Counted from the first letter of the stretch, positions 38,407-48,158 are shown. The stretch: 64,000 bases of DNA from Desulfobacterales bacterium (GCA_963674755.2 CAXXVS010000003.1:1504001-1568000); one strand, 5' to 3'. A program made the numbers and translations. The notes: generated by a model not told the origin, from the letters alone.

Positions 38407-38539
38407 GATGAATTCGTAAAGAGTTTTTGAAAGTGTTGTTTTGTCATCCCCGCGCAGGCGGAGATCCAGTCATCGCAGTCCCTTTTGCCCCCCCGCTTCG
38501 TAGGTATGGCGACCTGTGAACTTTTTACGACCCCATCAA
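38407..38539 (+). repeat. MITE/REP-like repeat family 2
   Basis: Imperfect TIR GATGAATTCGTAAAGAGTT / AACTTTTTACGACCCCATC enclosing the REP-like GTCATCCCCGCGCAGGCGGAGATCCAG. Confidence 0.65.
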
Positions 38540-38621
38540 TTCTTCATGGCGTTGAACAGGAATTATGCGGTTTGGAAATACAGTCAATTGGAAGATGGAC
38601 AACCATAAAAAGGAATACACA

Positions 38622-39167
38622 TTGAAGATAAGACAATCGACAGAATCAGATCGGAAGGGAATACTGAAGATACATGACCGAGCATTCGGTAAAGATAAAG
38701 GGCCGGTCATCGCCAAACTCGTGAATGACCTGCTGAATGATGAAACAGCAATACCGATTTTGTCATTAGTCGCTGTTGTGGACGCAAAGCTCGTTGGCCA
38801 TATTCTGTTCACAAAAGCGGTCATTACAAAATCCGAGAATTCAATATCTGCTCAAATCCTGGCTCCCTTGGCCATACTGCCGGATGAGCAAAGAAAGGGC
38901 ATCGGTGAGAAGCTAATTAACGAAGGATTGAGGCTACTTAAAGAATCCGGGACAGAGTTGGTCTTTGTTCTTGGCCATCCCACCTATTACCCGCGTTGCG
39001 GCTTTATACCCGCTGGGGCGCAAGGTTTCGAAGCACCTTATCCTATACCGGAAGAACACGCAGAAGCGTGGATGGTTCAAGGGTTCAACGGTGATATCTT
39101 GAAAAATAACGCAGGAAAAATTCAATGTTCAAAAGTTCTAAATGAGCCTCAACACTGGAGAGAATAA
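38622..39167 (+). CDS. GNAT N-acetyltransferase (YhbS-like)
   Basis: VGHILF, LAPLAILP..QRKGIG, VLGHPTYYPRCGF; start uncertain (38565/38595/38622). Confidence 0.88.
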   Translation: MKIRQSTESDRKGILKIHDRAFGKDKGPVIAKLVNDLLNDETAIPILSLVAVVDAKLVGHILFTKAVITKSENSISAQILAPLAILPDEQRKGIGEKLINEGLRLLKESGTELVFVLGHPTYYPRCGFIPAGAQGFEAPYPIPEEHAEAWMVQGFNGDILKNNAGKIQCSKVLNEPQHWRE

Positions 39168-39347
39168 TTTCGCTAATGTATCGTTAGAATGGATAACCAG
39201 AGGCGGGCGAGTTTGACCACGCGCTTCGGAAACCCTCTGGGGTCAAGTTTCAGCTTTTTGCAAGTATCCTTTTTCAAACGTAGGGGGAGCTGTCAAAAGT
39301 TCAGACCTGAACCCGTATGTCCCATGCAACAATAAAAGGTGACCTGA

Positions 39348-39611
39348 ATGATTCCTTCCTTGGAAACACTGTTCGTCTTTTTGCTGACAAGCACAATTGC
39401 ATGCTTAGTTCCAGGGCCGGCAGTCATTTATGCAATTTTGCAGGCCAGCTCTAAAGGAATAAAAAGTGGGATGCATGCTGTTTGGGGGCTCCAAATCGGC
39501 TTTTTCCTCCAAGTGTTTGCCGCTGCCTGTGGTTTGTCGGTTTTGATACTTAACTCAGCGTTACTATTTGTCGGATTTGGTATGAAGCTGGCGTTTGCAG
39601 ACAAATCATAA
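39348..39611 (+). pseudogene. LysE family translocator with large in-frame internal deletion
   Basis: LysE N-terminus (PGPAV..GL.IG..GLS) joined directly to the C-terminal LFVGFGMKLA; only 87 aa. Confidence 0.75.
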
Positions 39612-39684
39612 TAATTGGTATAAGCAGACTAATTCAGACGGCGGAAAAACCGTGCAACTGCTTAGCAACGAAAGGTTCTAAAAG

Positions 39685-40323
39685 GTGTTTGATTATTCTC
39701 TTACGCATTGGGCAACTTTTTTTACGGCAGCCACTTTATTAAACCTGTCGCCCGGCCCGGACATGGCATTTATTCTCGGCCAAACAGCAAGAAGGGGGAT
39801 CCGATCCGGTTTTGCAGCCATGTTTGGCATCTGGTCCGGCGCCTTTGTTCATGTCATTTTTGCAGCGCTTGGCTTATCGGCTATTTTAGCCACGTCGGCA
39901 ATAGGCTTTTCGGTCGTCAAGTGGATTGGGGCCATATATCTCATCTGGCTTGGCATCCAAGCGTTGCGTTCACATGGCGCCATACTATCTGTGGATGGAC
40001 AAGTTTCCCAGAAAGGCTTGGCACACGTATTTCGGCAAGGTGTTCTGGTTGCCGTATTAAATCCCAAGGTTGCCGTATTCTTTTTGGCTTTTCTTCCCCA
40101 GTTCGCTGAAGCCGGCGCCGGCCCGATTAGTGCCCAGCTATTCCTCCACGGTTTTCTTATTATTGCGGCAGCGGCGTTTATCGAACCGCCTTTAATCCTT
40201 ATCGGCGGTAAGCTGACCGCTTATCTCAGTCATAGCAAAAAGCTATCGCGCTGGATGGACCGTGGACTCGGCGCATTATTTATTGGGCTCGGTGTTAAAT
40301 TGGCGACAACGGATCATGCATAG
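39685..40323 (+). CDS. LysE/RhtB family translocator
   Basis: SPGPDMA, GAIYLIWLG, LNPKVAVFFLAFLPQF. Confidence 0.92.
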   Translation: MFDYSLTHWATFFTAATLLNLSPGPDMAFILGQTARRGIRSGFAAMFGIWSGAFVHVIFAALGLSAILATSAIGFSVVKWIGAIYLIWLGIQALRSHGAILSVDGQVSQKGLAHVFRQGVLVAVLNPKVAVFFLAFLPQFAEAGAGPISAQLFLHGFLIIAAAAFIEPPLILIGGKLTAYLSHSKKLSRWMDRGLGALFIGLGVKLATTDHA

Positions 40324-40403
40324 AATGGATAGTCACTCGCCCCAAAGGGCGCTCTTATAGCTGCGTCCCCGTGCTCCCTGTTTGCCAACGTCAGGAATAA
40401 GAC

Positions 40404-41189
40404 ATGAAGATACCCATCTACCAGGTTGACGCGTTTGCCTCGGCTGTCTTTTCCGGCAACCCGGCAGCCGTTTGCATCCTCGATGCGTGGATCGATGACA
40501 GACGCCTGCAAGCCATAGCCGCGGAAAACAATTTATCTGAGACCGCTTTTCTCGTGTCTGACGAGGATGGATTCGAACTGCGATGGTTTACCCCGCGGAC
40601 AGAGGTTGCGCTCTGCGGCCATGCGACATTGGCAAGTGCTTTTGTTCAGTTCGCCTGTCTGAAATGGAACAAGGACACCATCCGGTTTCAGACCCGCAAG
40701 AGCGGCCAACTCACGGTTACAAGAAAGGGCGAAAGTCTTGAAATGGACTTTCCGGCCCGGCCTGCTTACCCTACGGACCCCCCCGACGGCCTCCGCCAGG
40801 CATTGGGGGTTGTACCCGAGAACGTATACGGCTCGGAAGAAGACTTGATGGTCGTGTTGGATAGCGAAAAGACGGTTGCGGAAGTCCAGCCGGATTTCGC
40901 CGCCTTGGAACGGGTCGATTGCCGCGGCATCATCATAACCGCGCGGGGCGATCATAGCGACTTCGTCTCACGGTTCTTTGCGCCGCGTGTCGGCATACCG
41001 GAGGACCCGGTCACGGGTTCGGCCCATTGTGTGTTGATACCTTACTGGGCAGCGGTTCTGGATAAGAAAGAGCTCTATGCCCGTCAGGTCTCGAAACGCG
41101 GCGGGGAGTTGTTTTGCGGGCTTGCCGGTGACCGCGTCAGGATCTCCGGCAAAGCGGCACTATACCTGGAAGGCACGATAACGATTTAG
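40404..41189 (+). CDS. PhzF family isomerase/epimerase
   Basis: QVDAF, GNPAAV, SETAF, EVALCGHAT, EDPVTGSAH. Confidence 0.93.
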   Translation: MKIPIYQVDAFASAVFSGNPAAVCILDAWIDDRRLQAIAAENNLSETAFLVSDEDGFELRWFTPRTEVALCGHATLASAFVQFACLKWNKDTIRFQTRKSGQLTVTRKGESLEMDFPARPAYPTDPPDGLRQALGVVPENVYGSEEDLMVVLDSEKTVAEVQPDFAALERVDCRGIIITARGDHSDFVSRFFAPRVGIPEDPVTGSAHCVLIPYWAAVLDKKELYARQVSKRGGELFCGLAGDRVRISGKAALYLEGTITI

Positions 41190-41369
41190 GAGCCATGATA
41201 GGGACGCTCCAAGCTTTTAAGCATGCCGATTGTTGACAAGGGGGAACCTATGAAGACCATAAAAGCGTTTCCCCGATGCTGTCCGCCCGTAACACATATC
41301 CTGCCGGGCATTTCGGTGTAGCTTAAGAAAATGGGGGGACGAATTGTATACCCCGAAGCGATACTGCAA

Positions 41370-41855
41370 ATGAATCCAAAATTAGAAATAAGGAAGGCGA
41401 CAGAAGGGGATTTGCCCGTCATCTATTCTTTGGTCAAAAGCCTCGCGGAACATGTCAATCTCTCCCATGAACTATTGGCAAGCGAGGAGGATCTCCAAAA
41501 GTACCTGTTTGGATCCAATGGCTTCGTCGAAGTTCTCATCGGCTACTATGAGTCGCAGCCCATCGCTATGATCATATTCTACCCAAGCTTCTCGACGTTT
41601 ATCGGTAAGCCTGCGCTGCATATCGAGGACTTCTATATAAAAGCGGAATTCAGGGGTATGGGGATTGGCAAAGCAATATTTACGCATCTGGCAGATTTGG
41701 CATTGAGCCGCGACTGTGGAAAAATTGAGTGGTACGCCGCCGAGTGGAACAAAAAGGCATTGGAGTTCTATGTAAAAATGGGGGCCGAAAAACTGGAACA
41801 GCGGAAATTATTCAGGCTCTCCGTTGCGGCCATGCAAAAATTGGTGGCGCAATAA
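41370..41855 (+). CDS. GNAT N-acetyltransferase (spermidine/spermine acetyltransferase-like)
   Basis: [29 protein letters not shown]. Confidence 0.88.
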   Translation: MNPKLEIRKATEGDLPVIYSLVKSLAEHVNLSHELLASEEDLQKYLFGSNGFVEVLIGYYESQPIAMIIFYPSFSTFIGKPALHIEDFYIKAEFRGMGIGKAIFTHLADLALSRDCGKIEWYAAEWNKKALEFYVKMGAEKLEQRKLFRLSVAAMQKLVAQ

Positions 41856-41968
41856 TTATCGAAATTATTTTCCAGATGGCTCTTTATGCGGGTTTTCCGG
41901 CGACCTTAAACGGCTTGTTTGCCGTCAAAGAAATCTTCGATGAAAGATATTTGGATATCGGCCCATAA
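41856..41968 (+). pseudogene. 3' remnant of a carboxymuconolactone decarboxylase family gene
   Basis: [27 protein letters not shown] with no start codon or N-terminal part. Confidence 0.65.
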
Positions 41969-41993
41969 CGAAAAGAAATAGGATGGATGGCCC

Positions 41994-42719
41994 ATGGTTG
42001 ATAAGACAGAGCTTGTCGCAAAGTTACAGCAGTGGGGGGCCAGTATTGTCCGTGTGGCGGATACGGGCAGACTGTCCGGTATCGATACGGAACCGGAAGA
42101 TCTCCTGGACGGTTTTCCCCGGGCGGTGAGCATTGCCGTGCATCTTTCGGATGCGGTCATGGACATGATTGACAGGCAGCCCACCCCCCTATATTCATCC
42201 CATTACGGCCGGGTGAATGCGCTGCTCGACGATCTGGCCGTCCGCGCTACGAACCTATTGCAGAAAGAGGGCGCGCGCGCTGTTCCCATTCCGGCCAGCC
42301 AAACCCTCGATTCCGAAAAATGGACCTCGTATCTATCACACAAGGCCGTTGCCATCGCGGCGGGCATCGGCTGGCAGGGCAAAAGCCTTTTGGTGGTCAA
42401 TCCTGATTTCGGTCCCCGGATCAGGCTGACAACCGTTCTCACAGACGCCGATCTCGCACCGGATGCACCGATCAAGAACAGGTGCGGAAAATGCCATCAG
42501 TGTAAAGACCATTGCCCGGCGGGAGCCATCATCGGTGCCAGCACTGAGAGCCATTATGCCACCCGCTCGGAGGCCGTCGATCTCGCAAAATGCGTCTATC
42601 AGGTGCGTGACGTATTCGGTGAACTTCCGCATGTTACATCTTACATCTGTGGCATATGCATTAAGGTTTGCCCATGGGGCAATAAAGCGAAGCAAGCCCT
42701 TTCCTCAAGGGAAAGATAG
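41994..42719 (+). CDS. QueG/epoxyqueuosine-reductase-like Fe-S protein
   Basis: SHKAVA..AGIGWQGKS, FGPRIRL..VLT, CGKCHQCKDHCP, CGICIKVCP. Confidence 0.85.
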   Translation: MVDKTELVAKLQQWGASIVRVADTGRLSGIDTEPEDLLDGFPRAVSIAVHLSDAVMDMIDRQPTPLYSSHYGRVNALLDDLAVRATNLLQKEGARAVPIPASQTLDSEKWTSYLSHKAVAIAAGIGWQGKSLLVVNPDFGPRIRLTTVLTDADLAPDAPIKNRCGKCHQCKDHCPAGAIIGASTESHYATRSEAVDLAKCVYQVRDVFGELPHVTSYICGICIKVCPWGNKAKQALSSRER

Positions 42720-42913
42720 GCCATTAGTTTTGATTTAAACCCTCCCCCTCGGGTGGCGACCCCGTGGAGGTTCAACCGATCCGGGGAGAGTTTTTGTAAG
42801 CGGATTCTTCATTTTCTTGCACGTGCAAGAAAACGGAAGCAATCACGCCTCGGCGTGACAGGCTTCAAACGCCCGTGTTCCGCGCATAACCATTCGATAG
42901 AGGGTGAATCAAA

Positions 42914-43303
42914 TTGGATATAACGATTGAAAATGTAAAGAATGATCAGTTCGCTAAGCTGCTTGGGATCGAGATCGTGGAAGTCAGAATCGGTTATGCC
43001 TTGCTGAAACTCCAGGTTGAAGAAAAGCATCTAAATGGCATCGGCATGGTGCAGGGGGGCGCCATATTCACCTTGGCCGATTATGCGTTCGGTGTGGCGG
43101 CCAACGCCGACGGCAGCACGGTGGTGGGCATCAATGCCGGCATTTCCTATTTCAAACCACCCAAAGGGAAAACCATTTATGCCGAGGCCATGGAAGAAAA
43201 CAGCAATACTAAGATATGCGGGTACAAAGTGCTCGTAAAAGACGAAGATGGATCCTTGGTCGCATCCTTTTCAGGGCTGGGGTACAAGAAATATAAAAAA
43301 TGA
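42914..43303 (+). CDS. PaaI-family hotdog thioesterase
   Basis: FAKLLGI, HLNGIGMVQGGAIFTLAD. Confidence 0.88.
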   Translation: MDITIENVKNDQFAKLLGIEIVEVRIGYALLKLQVEEKHLNGIGMVQGGAIFTLADYAFGVAANADGSTVVGINAGISYFKPPKGKTIYAEAMEENSNTKICGYKVLVKDEDGSLVASFSGLGYKKYKK

Positions 43304-43842
43304 CCTATTCGATCGAACTTTATTTCGATCGCCGATTCGAAGAGAAGCTGCGATCGCTGTGGGATGAGCTTGAAAAGGCCGGCCTGCCGTCCGTATTCTC
43401 GAAAATGGGGAGCCGGCCCCATCTGACGCTTATCATCCTGGATCGTTGCGATGAAGATCATGTTGCCGGTTTGATTGATCGTCATGTGAAGGAGCATTTC
43501 AAGTTTTCTATAGCTTTTCCGGCCTTTTCAATAATACCCGGTGTCCGGAATTCCGTTTTCCTGACGCCTGTCATAAAGCCAGAATTAATTGATATCCAAA
43601 GGAGTCTGTATAATCTTATTGAAGAAAATAGCTATTCCATTCAAGAGCACTATGCACCTCATAACTGGCTTCCCCATTGTTCGATATCAAAAGAGCTGTC
43701 TCCTGTCGAGGCCTTGAAAACCCTTGAAGTTTGTCTATACTGTGGGCTCAAAGAGGACGCATTGGTTACGGAAATCGGGCTTATAGAATTCAGACCAAGA
43801 AAGATGATAAAAACAATTGGACTATCGGATCGCTATGATTAA
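43300..43842 (+). CDS. 2H phosphoesterase (2'-5' RNA ligase family)
   Basis: Two HxT/S motifs: RPHLTL and LPHCSI. Confidence 0.82.
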   Translation: MTYSIELYFDRRFEEKLRSLWDELEKAGLPSVFSKMGSRPHLTLIILDRCDEDHVAGLIDRHVKEHFKFSIAFPAFSIIPGVRNSVFLTPVIKPELIDIQRSLYNLIEENSYSIQEHYAPHNWLPHCSISKELSPVEALKTLEVCLYCGLKEDALVTEIGLIEFRPRKMIKTIGLSDRYD

Positions 43843-43929
43843 AACGCCTAAAACACGCAACTTCACAGAGGCAAGGTGACAAAAAGATCTCACCAGTGAT
43901 TGAGGGCGGTTTTTCGAGAAAGGATGATT

Positions 43930-44235
43930 ATGATTACCTGTCATCTGAGATATACGATTGATCCATACAAGCTCGAAGCCTTTGAGAAATATGCGAAGAT
44001 TTGGATACCTTTGGTCAATAAGTTCGGGGGGACCCATCATGGCTACTTTTTGCCCCATGAGGGCGCCAATAATGTTGCCGTAGCGTTGTTCAGCTTTCCT
44101 TCGCTTGCCGACTATGAAGTTTATCGCGGCAAGATCCGTAGTGATCCGGATTGTCTAAAGGCATTCAAGCATGCCGAAGACACACGGTGTGTCATCAGTT
44201 TCGAGCGCAGTTTTATGAAGCCTGTCCTTGAATAG
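43930..44235 (+). CDS. NIPSNAP family protein
   Basis: ITCHLRY.IDP, GGTHHGYFLP.EG, FPSLADYE.YR. Confidence 0.85.
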   Translation: MITCHLRYTIDPYKLEAFEKYAKIWIPLVNKFGGTHHGYFLPHEGANNVAVALFSFPSLADYEVYRGKIRSDPDCLKAFKHAEDTRCVISFERSFMKPVLE

Positions 44236-44270
44236 AAGGCTCGCCACTCTATTGATAATTGGAGGAGACA

Positions 44271-44786
44271 ATGGAGCTTACAGGAAAGAAAGTGATGATC
44301 CTGATCGAAAATATGTATAACGAATTCGAATACTGGTATCCCTACTACCGGCTGAAGGAAGCGGGGGCCGAGGTCGTCACGGTGGGTACCGGCAGTATGC
44401 AATACACCAGCAAATCAGGCTTGCCGGCCAAAGCGGATGCCGATGCGAAAAACCTGAAGGCGGCGGATTTCGACGGCATCGTCATTCCCGGCGGGTACGC
44501 ACCGGATCTGATGCGCCGCAATGCCGATATGGTGCGTCTGGTGAAGGAATCCTTTGACGCCGGCAAACTGGTGGCCGCCATTTGCCACGCCGGATGGATG
44601 CTGGCCTCGGCCAAGATCCTCGCCAACCGGCGCGTTACCTCCTTTTTTGCCATCAAGGACGATCTGATCCATGCCGGAGCGGACTGGACCGATGCGGAAG
44701 TCGTCGTGGACGGAAATCTGGTCACCAGCCGGACGCCGGACGATCTGCCGGTCTTCATGAAAGCGGTTATTGCCGTGTTGGCCTGA
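44271..44786 (+). CDS. PfpI/DJ-1 family (type 1 glutamine amidotransferase-like) protein
   Basis: E..E.WYP, IPGGYAPD, AICHAGW, SRTPDDL. Confidence 0.92.
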   Translation: MELTGKKVMILIENMYNEFEYWYPYYRLKEAGAEVVTVGTGSMQYTSKSGLPAKADADAKNLKAADFDGIVIPGGYAPDLMRRNADMVRLVKESFDAGKLVAAICHAGWMLASAKILANRRVTSFFAIKDDLIHAGADWTDAEVVVDGNLVTSRTPDDLPVFMKAVIAVLA

Positions 44787-44874
44787 TGGATAGGGTGTGA
44801 ATAGGCCTTGAGATCGCAGGGGGGGAGGCTTCGGGCCGCAACCGCCAACCGCCACATAGAACAGGGTATGGGCA

Positions 44875-45774
44875 GTGAAGATTTACCAGTATGACGCCTT
44901 TTCAACGGAACCCGACCGAGGAAATCCGGCCGGGGTCGTTCTCGATGCGGATCATCTCACGGAAGATGAAATGCAGGCGATCGCTACGGCGGTGGGATTC
45001 AACGAAACCGCGTTTATCTGCCGTTCCAAAATAGCCGATGTCAGAATTCGGTACTTTACACCGGGCCATGAAATGAACCTGTGCGGCCATGGCACGGTCG
45101 CATCCCTTATTGCGCTCTATCAGCAAAGGTCAAGGGTCGACATTCAAACGATCGAGACCAAAGCCGGTATTATCGAAGCCGCAATCCGAATCCGGGATGC
45201 TGAAGCAAGCGTCATTATGGAGCAGCTTCCCGCAAAATTCGTTCGTTTCGAAGGTGACGTTTCCAAATTGGCGTCGGCCTTGGGCATCAATGCGCGGGAT
45301 ATCGACCCAAGCCTTCCGATTGTCTATGGCAGTACCGGCATCTGGACCCTTTTGGTGCCGATCAAGAAACTGGCCTGTTTTAAAAAAATGACCCCCGCTA
45401 CCAAGGTATTCCCGGAGCTGTTGACCCAATTCCGGCACGCATCGATTCATCCCTTTTGTCTGGAAGTGGTCAACACGGGCGCCCACATGCATGGCCGCCA
45501 TTTTTCATCACCGTTTTCCGGAACAATTGAAGATCCGGTCACGGGAACGGCCTCGGGTGTCATGGGAGCCTACTACCTGAACTTCATCAGCCGGCGCAAA
45601 TCGGCTTCGATCGTCGTTGAGCAGGGTCAAGAGATCGGCCGCAATGGTTTTGTGACGGTCAACGTGGTGCCATCCAACGGGCAGATTAACGTGGCAATCG
45701 AAGGGACAGGCGTTTTTGTCAAAGAAATCGTGTTAAGGAACTCACGAGACGCGACTGCCGGATGCTCAGCATAG
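44875..45774 (+). CDS. PhzF family isomerase
   Basis: DAFS, GNPAGVV, NETAF, EMNLCGH, EDPVTGTASG, EQG.EIGR. Confidence 0.92.
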   Translation: MKIYQYDAFSTEPDRGNPAGVVLDADHLTEDEMQAIATAVGFNETAFICRSKIADVRIRYFTPGHEMNLCGHGTVASLIALYQQRSRVDIQTIETKAGIIEAAIRIRDAEASVIMEQLPAKFVRFEGDVSKLASALGINARDIDPSLPIVYGSTGIWTLLVPIKKLACFKKMTPATKVFPELLTQFRHASIHPFCLEVVNTGAHMHGRHFSSPFSGTIEDPVTGTASGVMGAYYLNFISRRKSASIVVEQGQEIGRNGFVTVNVVPSNGQINVAIEGTGVFVKEIVLRNSRDATAGCSA

Positions 45775-45789
45775 ATTGGCGTAGAGAAG

Positions 45790-45993
45790 ATGAATACAGC
45801 GACCTTGATGTGGGGCGTCCTGTTCGGATCGATAGGGTTCGGGTATTTCATGTACGGTCGGAAACAGAAAGCGGTTCTGCCCTTTCTAAGCGGCTTGGGC
45901 CTGATGGTTTGCCCCTATTTCATCACGAATACCATCCTTTTGGTATGTGCCGGCATTGTCCTGGTGGCCTTGCCTTTTGTGATCCGAAGATGA
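45790..45993 (+). CDS. Small membrane hypothetical protein
   Basis: LFGSIGFGYFMYGRKQ...PYFI; about three hydrophobic segments. Confidence 0.75.
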   Translation: MNTATLMWGVLFGSIGFGYFMYGRKQKAVLPFLSGLGLMVCPYFITNTILLVCAGIVLVALPFVIRR

Positions 45994-46121
45994 GGCTATG
46001 GCGCTGATCCATAAGCGCGCTGGCGCCAATCGTTTCAATCAAATCCGTTTTAGCGTCCCCTTCGAGGAGGCCACCGGAGGCCTGCCGCTATGCTGGAAAG
46101 AACGCAACGGGCCAACCTGAC

Positions 46122-46664
46122 ATGACATCAAACCGCCTAGAATTAAGGCTCTTGCGCCGGGAAGACGAGGTGTCTTTCAAGAAGGCGATTGCCGCTTTCG
46201 AGAGCGAGACGCCGCCCTTTGAATTCGCCTTCGATTTCGATGCCGCCATGCCTTTCGAAGCATACCTCAAGAAGCTCGAGGGATGGCCTTTGGGTAAAGA
46301 CCTGCCGGATAAATTCGTTCCGAATACGTTTCTGGTCGGGGTTGTCGGGGGGCAGATTGTCGGGCGGGTGTCGCTGCGGCACTGTTTAAACGATTTCCTC
46401 GCCAGCATTGGCGGCCACATCGGCTATGGCGTGATCCCCGCTTACCGGCGGAAGGGATACGCTACCGAGATGCTTCGGCAGACCCTCCCGATCTGTTCAT
46501 CACTTGGCATCGCCAAGGTGTTGATTACCTGCGATATTGGGAATCCGGGCTCAAGGAAAGTGATTGAGAACTGCGGCGGCGTCTTTGAAAATCTAACGGA
46601 CGCCCCCCAACTCGATGTTCAAAAAAGAAGGTACTGGATTGATTGTCCCCCTGTTGGTGATTAA
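46122..46664 (+). CDS. GNAT N-acetyltransferase
   Basis: VGRVSLRH.LN..L...GGHIGY, RRKGYA, N..SRKVIE.CGG. Confidence 0.88.
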   Translation: MTSNRLELRLLRREDEVSFKKAIAAFESETPPFEFAFDFDAAMPFEAYLKKLEGWPLGKDLPDKFVPNTFLVGVVGGQIVGRVSLRHCLNDFLASIGGHIGYGVIPAYRRKGYATEMLRQTLPICSSLGIAKVLITCDIGNPGSRKVIENCGGVFENLTDAPQLDVQKRRYWIDCPPVGD

Positions 46665-46699
46665 ACGATAAGGCCTGCCAAGCGCCGGCAGGAAAACAT

Positions 46700-46723
46700 C
46701 AGGCGCCGTCGTAACGGCGCCTG
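46700..46723. terminator. Perfect hairpin between convergent genes
   Basis: CAGGCGCCGT-CGTA-ACGGCGCCTG. Confidence 0.55.
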
Positions 46724-46772
46724 TATCAGCGTATCGTTTCCCAAAAGGGATGGCGTGGCTTCATCAGCGGTA

Positions 46773-47924
46773 TCAGGCCGCGGCATGCGCACTGGCGGCG
46801 CATTCGTTTTTGCCGATGTCCATGATCTCCTGCTGCTCTTCGTCCACGTCCACCAGCCCGGCGTTGATCTCACGAATCTTGGCGTATTCCTCGGGCTGGG
46901 GCCTCATGTTCGCCTCGATGAAGGCGAAGAAGGTCTTCTCATCGTCAATGGCGTATATGCTGGCGTTGTCGGTTTTGATTTTGGCCATGGGGGCGGCGAA
47001 GATCAGGTTCTCATCGGCCTCTTCCCAATCCATATAATGGCCCGGCAGGATCACCGTGTTGTCATCCAGATTCAGCAGGATCTCGGTCATGGTCTTGAAC
47101 AGCATGTCTGACCAGGCTTTCGCCATGCCGCCCAGATCGGGACGGCCGATGGATTTGATGAAAACCGTATCGCCGGAAATCAGGTACTTCCCGTCCACCC
47201 GGTAGCAGGTGCTGCCGGGGGTATGGCCGGGGGTATGAATAATCTCCACCTGGGGGCCGCCGTTGCGGAAGCTGTGGCGATCCCCGTCCCGGGCCGGTGT
47301 ATAGGGGAACTTGGCCCCTTTGAAGTCGTCGTCGGGCGCCACGATTTCCGCGCCGGTCGTCTGGCGCAGCATGTTGCTGCCGGAAATGTAATCGGCTTGG
47401 CGGTGGGTTTCGAAGGTTTTGGTGATGGTGCAGCCCTTCTCTTTGGCGAAGTCCAGATAAAAAGGGACATTTTTGGCCGGGTCGAAGACCATCATTTCAT
47501 TGCCGCTGATCAAGCCGTAGCTGCAGGAGGCTTTGCCGGGCCGCCGGAACTGGTAAAGCTCATACCCGTCGCCGTCGGCGATGAGGGCCGGTTCCAGCAG
47601 GTTGCCCCAGGCTTTGATGCCCACTTTCATATGGGCCACGTCCTCATACCCGTGATTGGCCAGGATTTCACCGACGAATTTGGACGAGCCCTCCTTGGCG
47701 CACACGATGCGCACCTTCCTGCCTTGGGGCACACGGGCGATGCTTTCCGCCTCCCATTCGATGAATTCCATATAGGGCACATTGATCATATCGATCGGAT
47801 AAGGTCCTTCCACCTTGAAACGCGCAAATTCGGCATCGTTGCGCACGTCCAGCAGCAGGAAGTCCTCCTTGCGGGTCAGCCAATTAAAAAGATCGTGGGC
47901 GCTAAAGGCTTGCACTTCCATCAT
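46773..47924 (-). CDS. Rhodanese-MBL fold fusion (persulfide dioxygenase/sulfurtransferase-like)
   Basis: N-terminal LLDVRN...VCAKEGSS rhodanese; MBL motifs ETHRQADYISG, TPGHTPGS, SGDT, GRPDL, LPGH; C-terminal NECAAS. Confidence 0.88.
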   Translation of the reverse strand: MMEVQAFSAHDLFNWLTRKEDFLLLDVRNDAEFARFKVEGPYPIDMINVPYMEFIEWEAESIARVPQGRKVRIVCAKEGSSKFVGEILANHGYEDVAHMKVGIKAWGNLLEPALIADGDGYELYQFRRPGKASCSYGLISGNEMMVFDPAKNVPFYLDFAKEKGCTITKTFETHRQADYISGSNMLRQTTGAEIVAPDDDFKGAKFPYTPARDGDRHSFRNGGPQVEIIHTPGHTPGSTCYRVDGKYLISGDTVFIKSIGRPDLGGMAKAWSDMLFKTMTEILLNLDDNTVILPGHYMDWEEADENLIFAAPMAKIKTDNASIYAIDDEKTFFAFIEANMRPQPEEYAKIREINAGLVDVDEEQQEIMDIGKNECAASAHAAA

Positions 47925-48122
47925 CGTTCCTCCCGTGGGCTCATGGGTTCAGGACAAAGATACGCTACCCGCCGACCCTGTCAAGAGGGTGTCGGACGGG
48001 TATGACATTTCCCCAAACAGTCTATGGGATACAAACAGTAAGCGGATCAGGGATGGTGTAGGCGCCCGGACCCCCACCTCATACCTTTATGAGTCGCCAT
48101 TTCCCCAGGCGTTACACGTGAC

Positions 48123-48158
48123 GAACAACAAGCGCCGGGGGGATGACCCCCCGGCGCT
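48123..48158 (-). terminator. Intrinsic terminator after the FadL-like gene
   Basis: AGCGCCGGGGGG-loop-CCCCCCGGCGCT followed by TGTTGTT on the minus strand. Confidence 0.7.

Noticed and set aside
41994..42719. Reductive dehalogenase or true queG
   Set aside because: Too short, no Tat signal or anchor gene; only the shared cobalamin/Fe-S fold motifs are visible.
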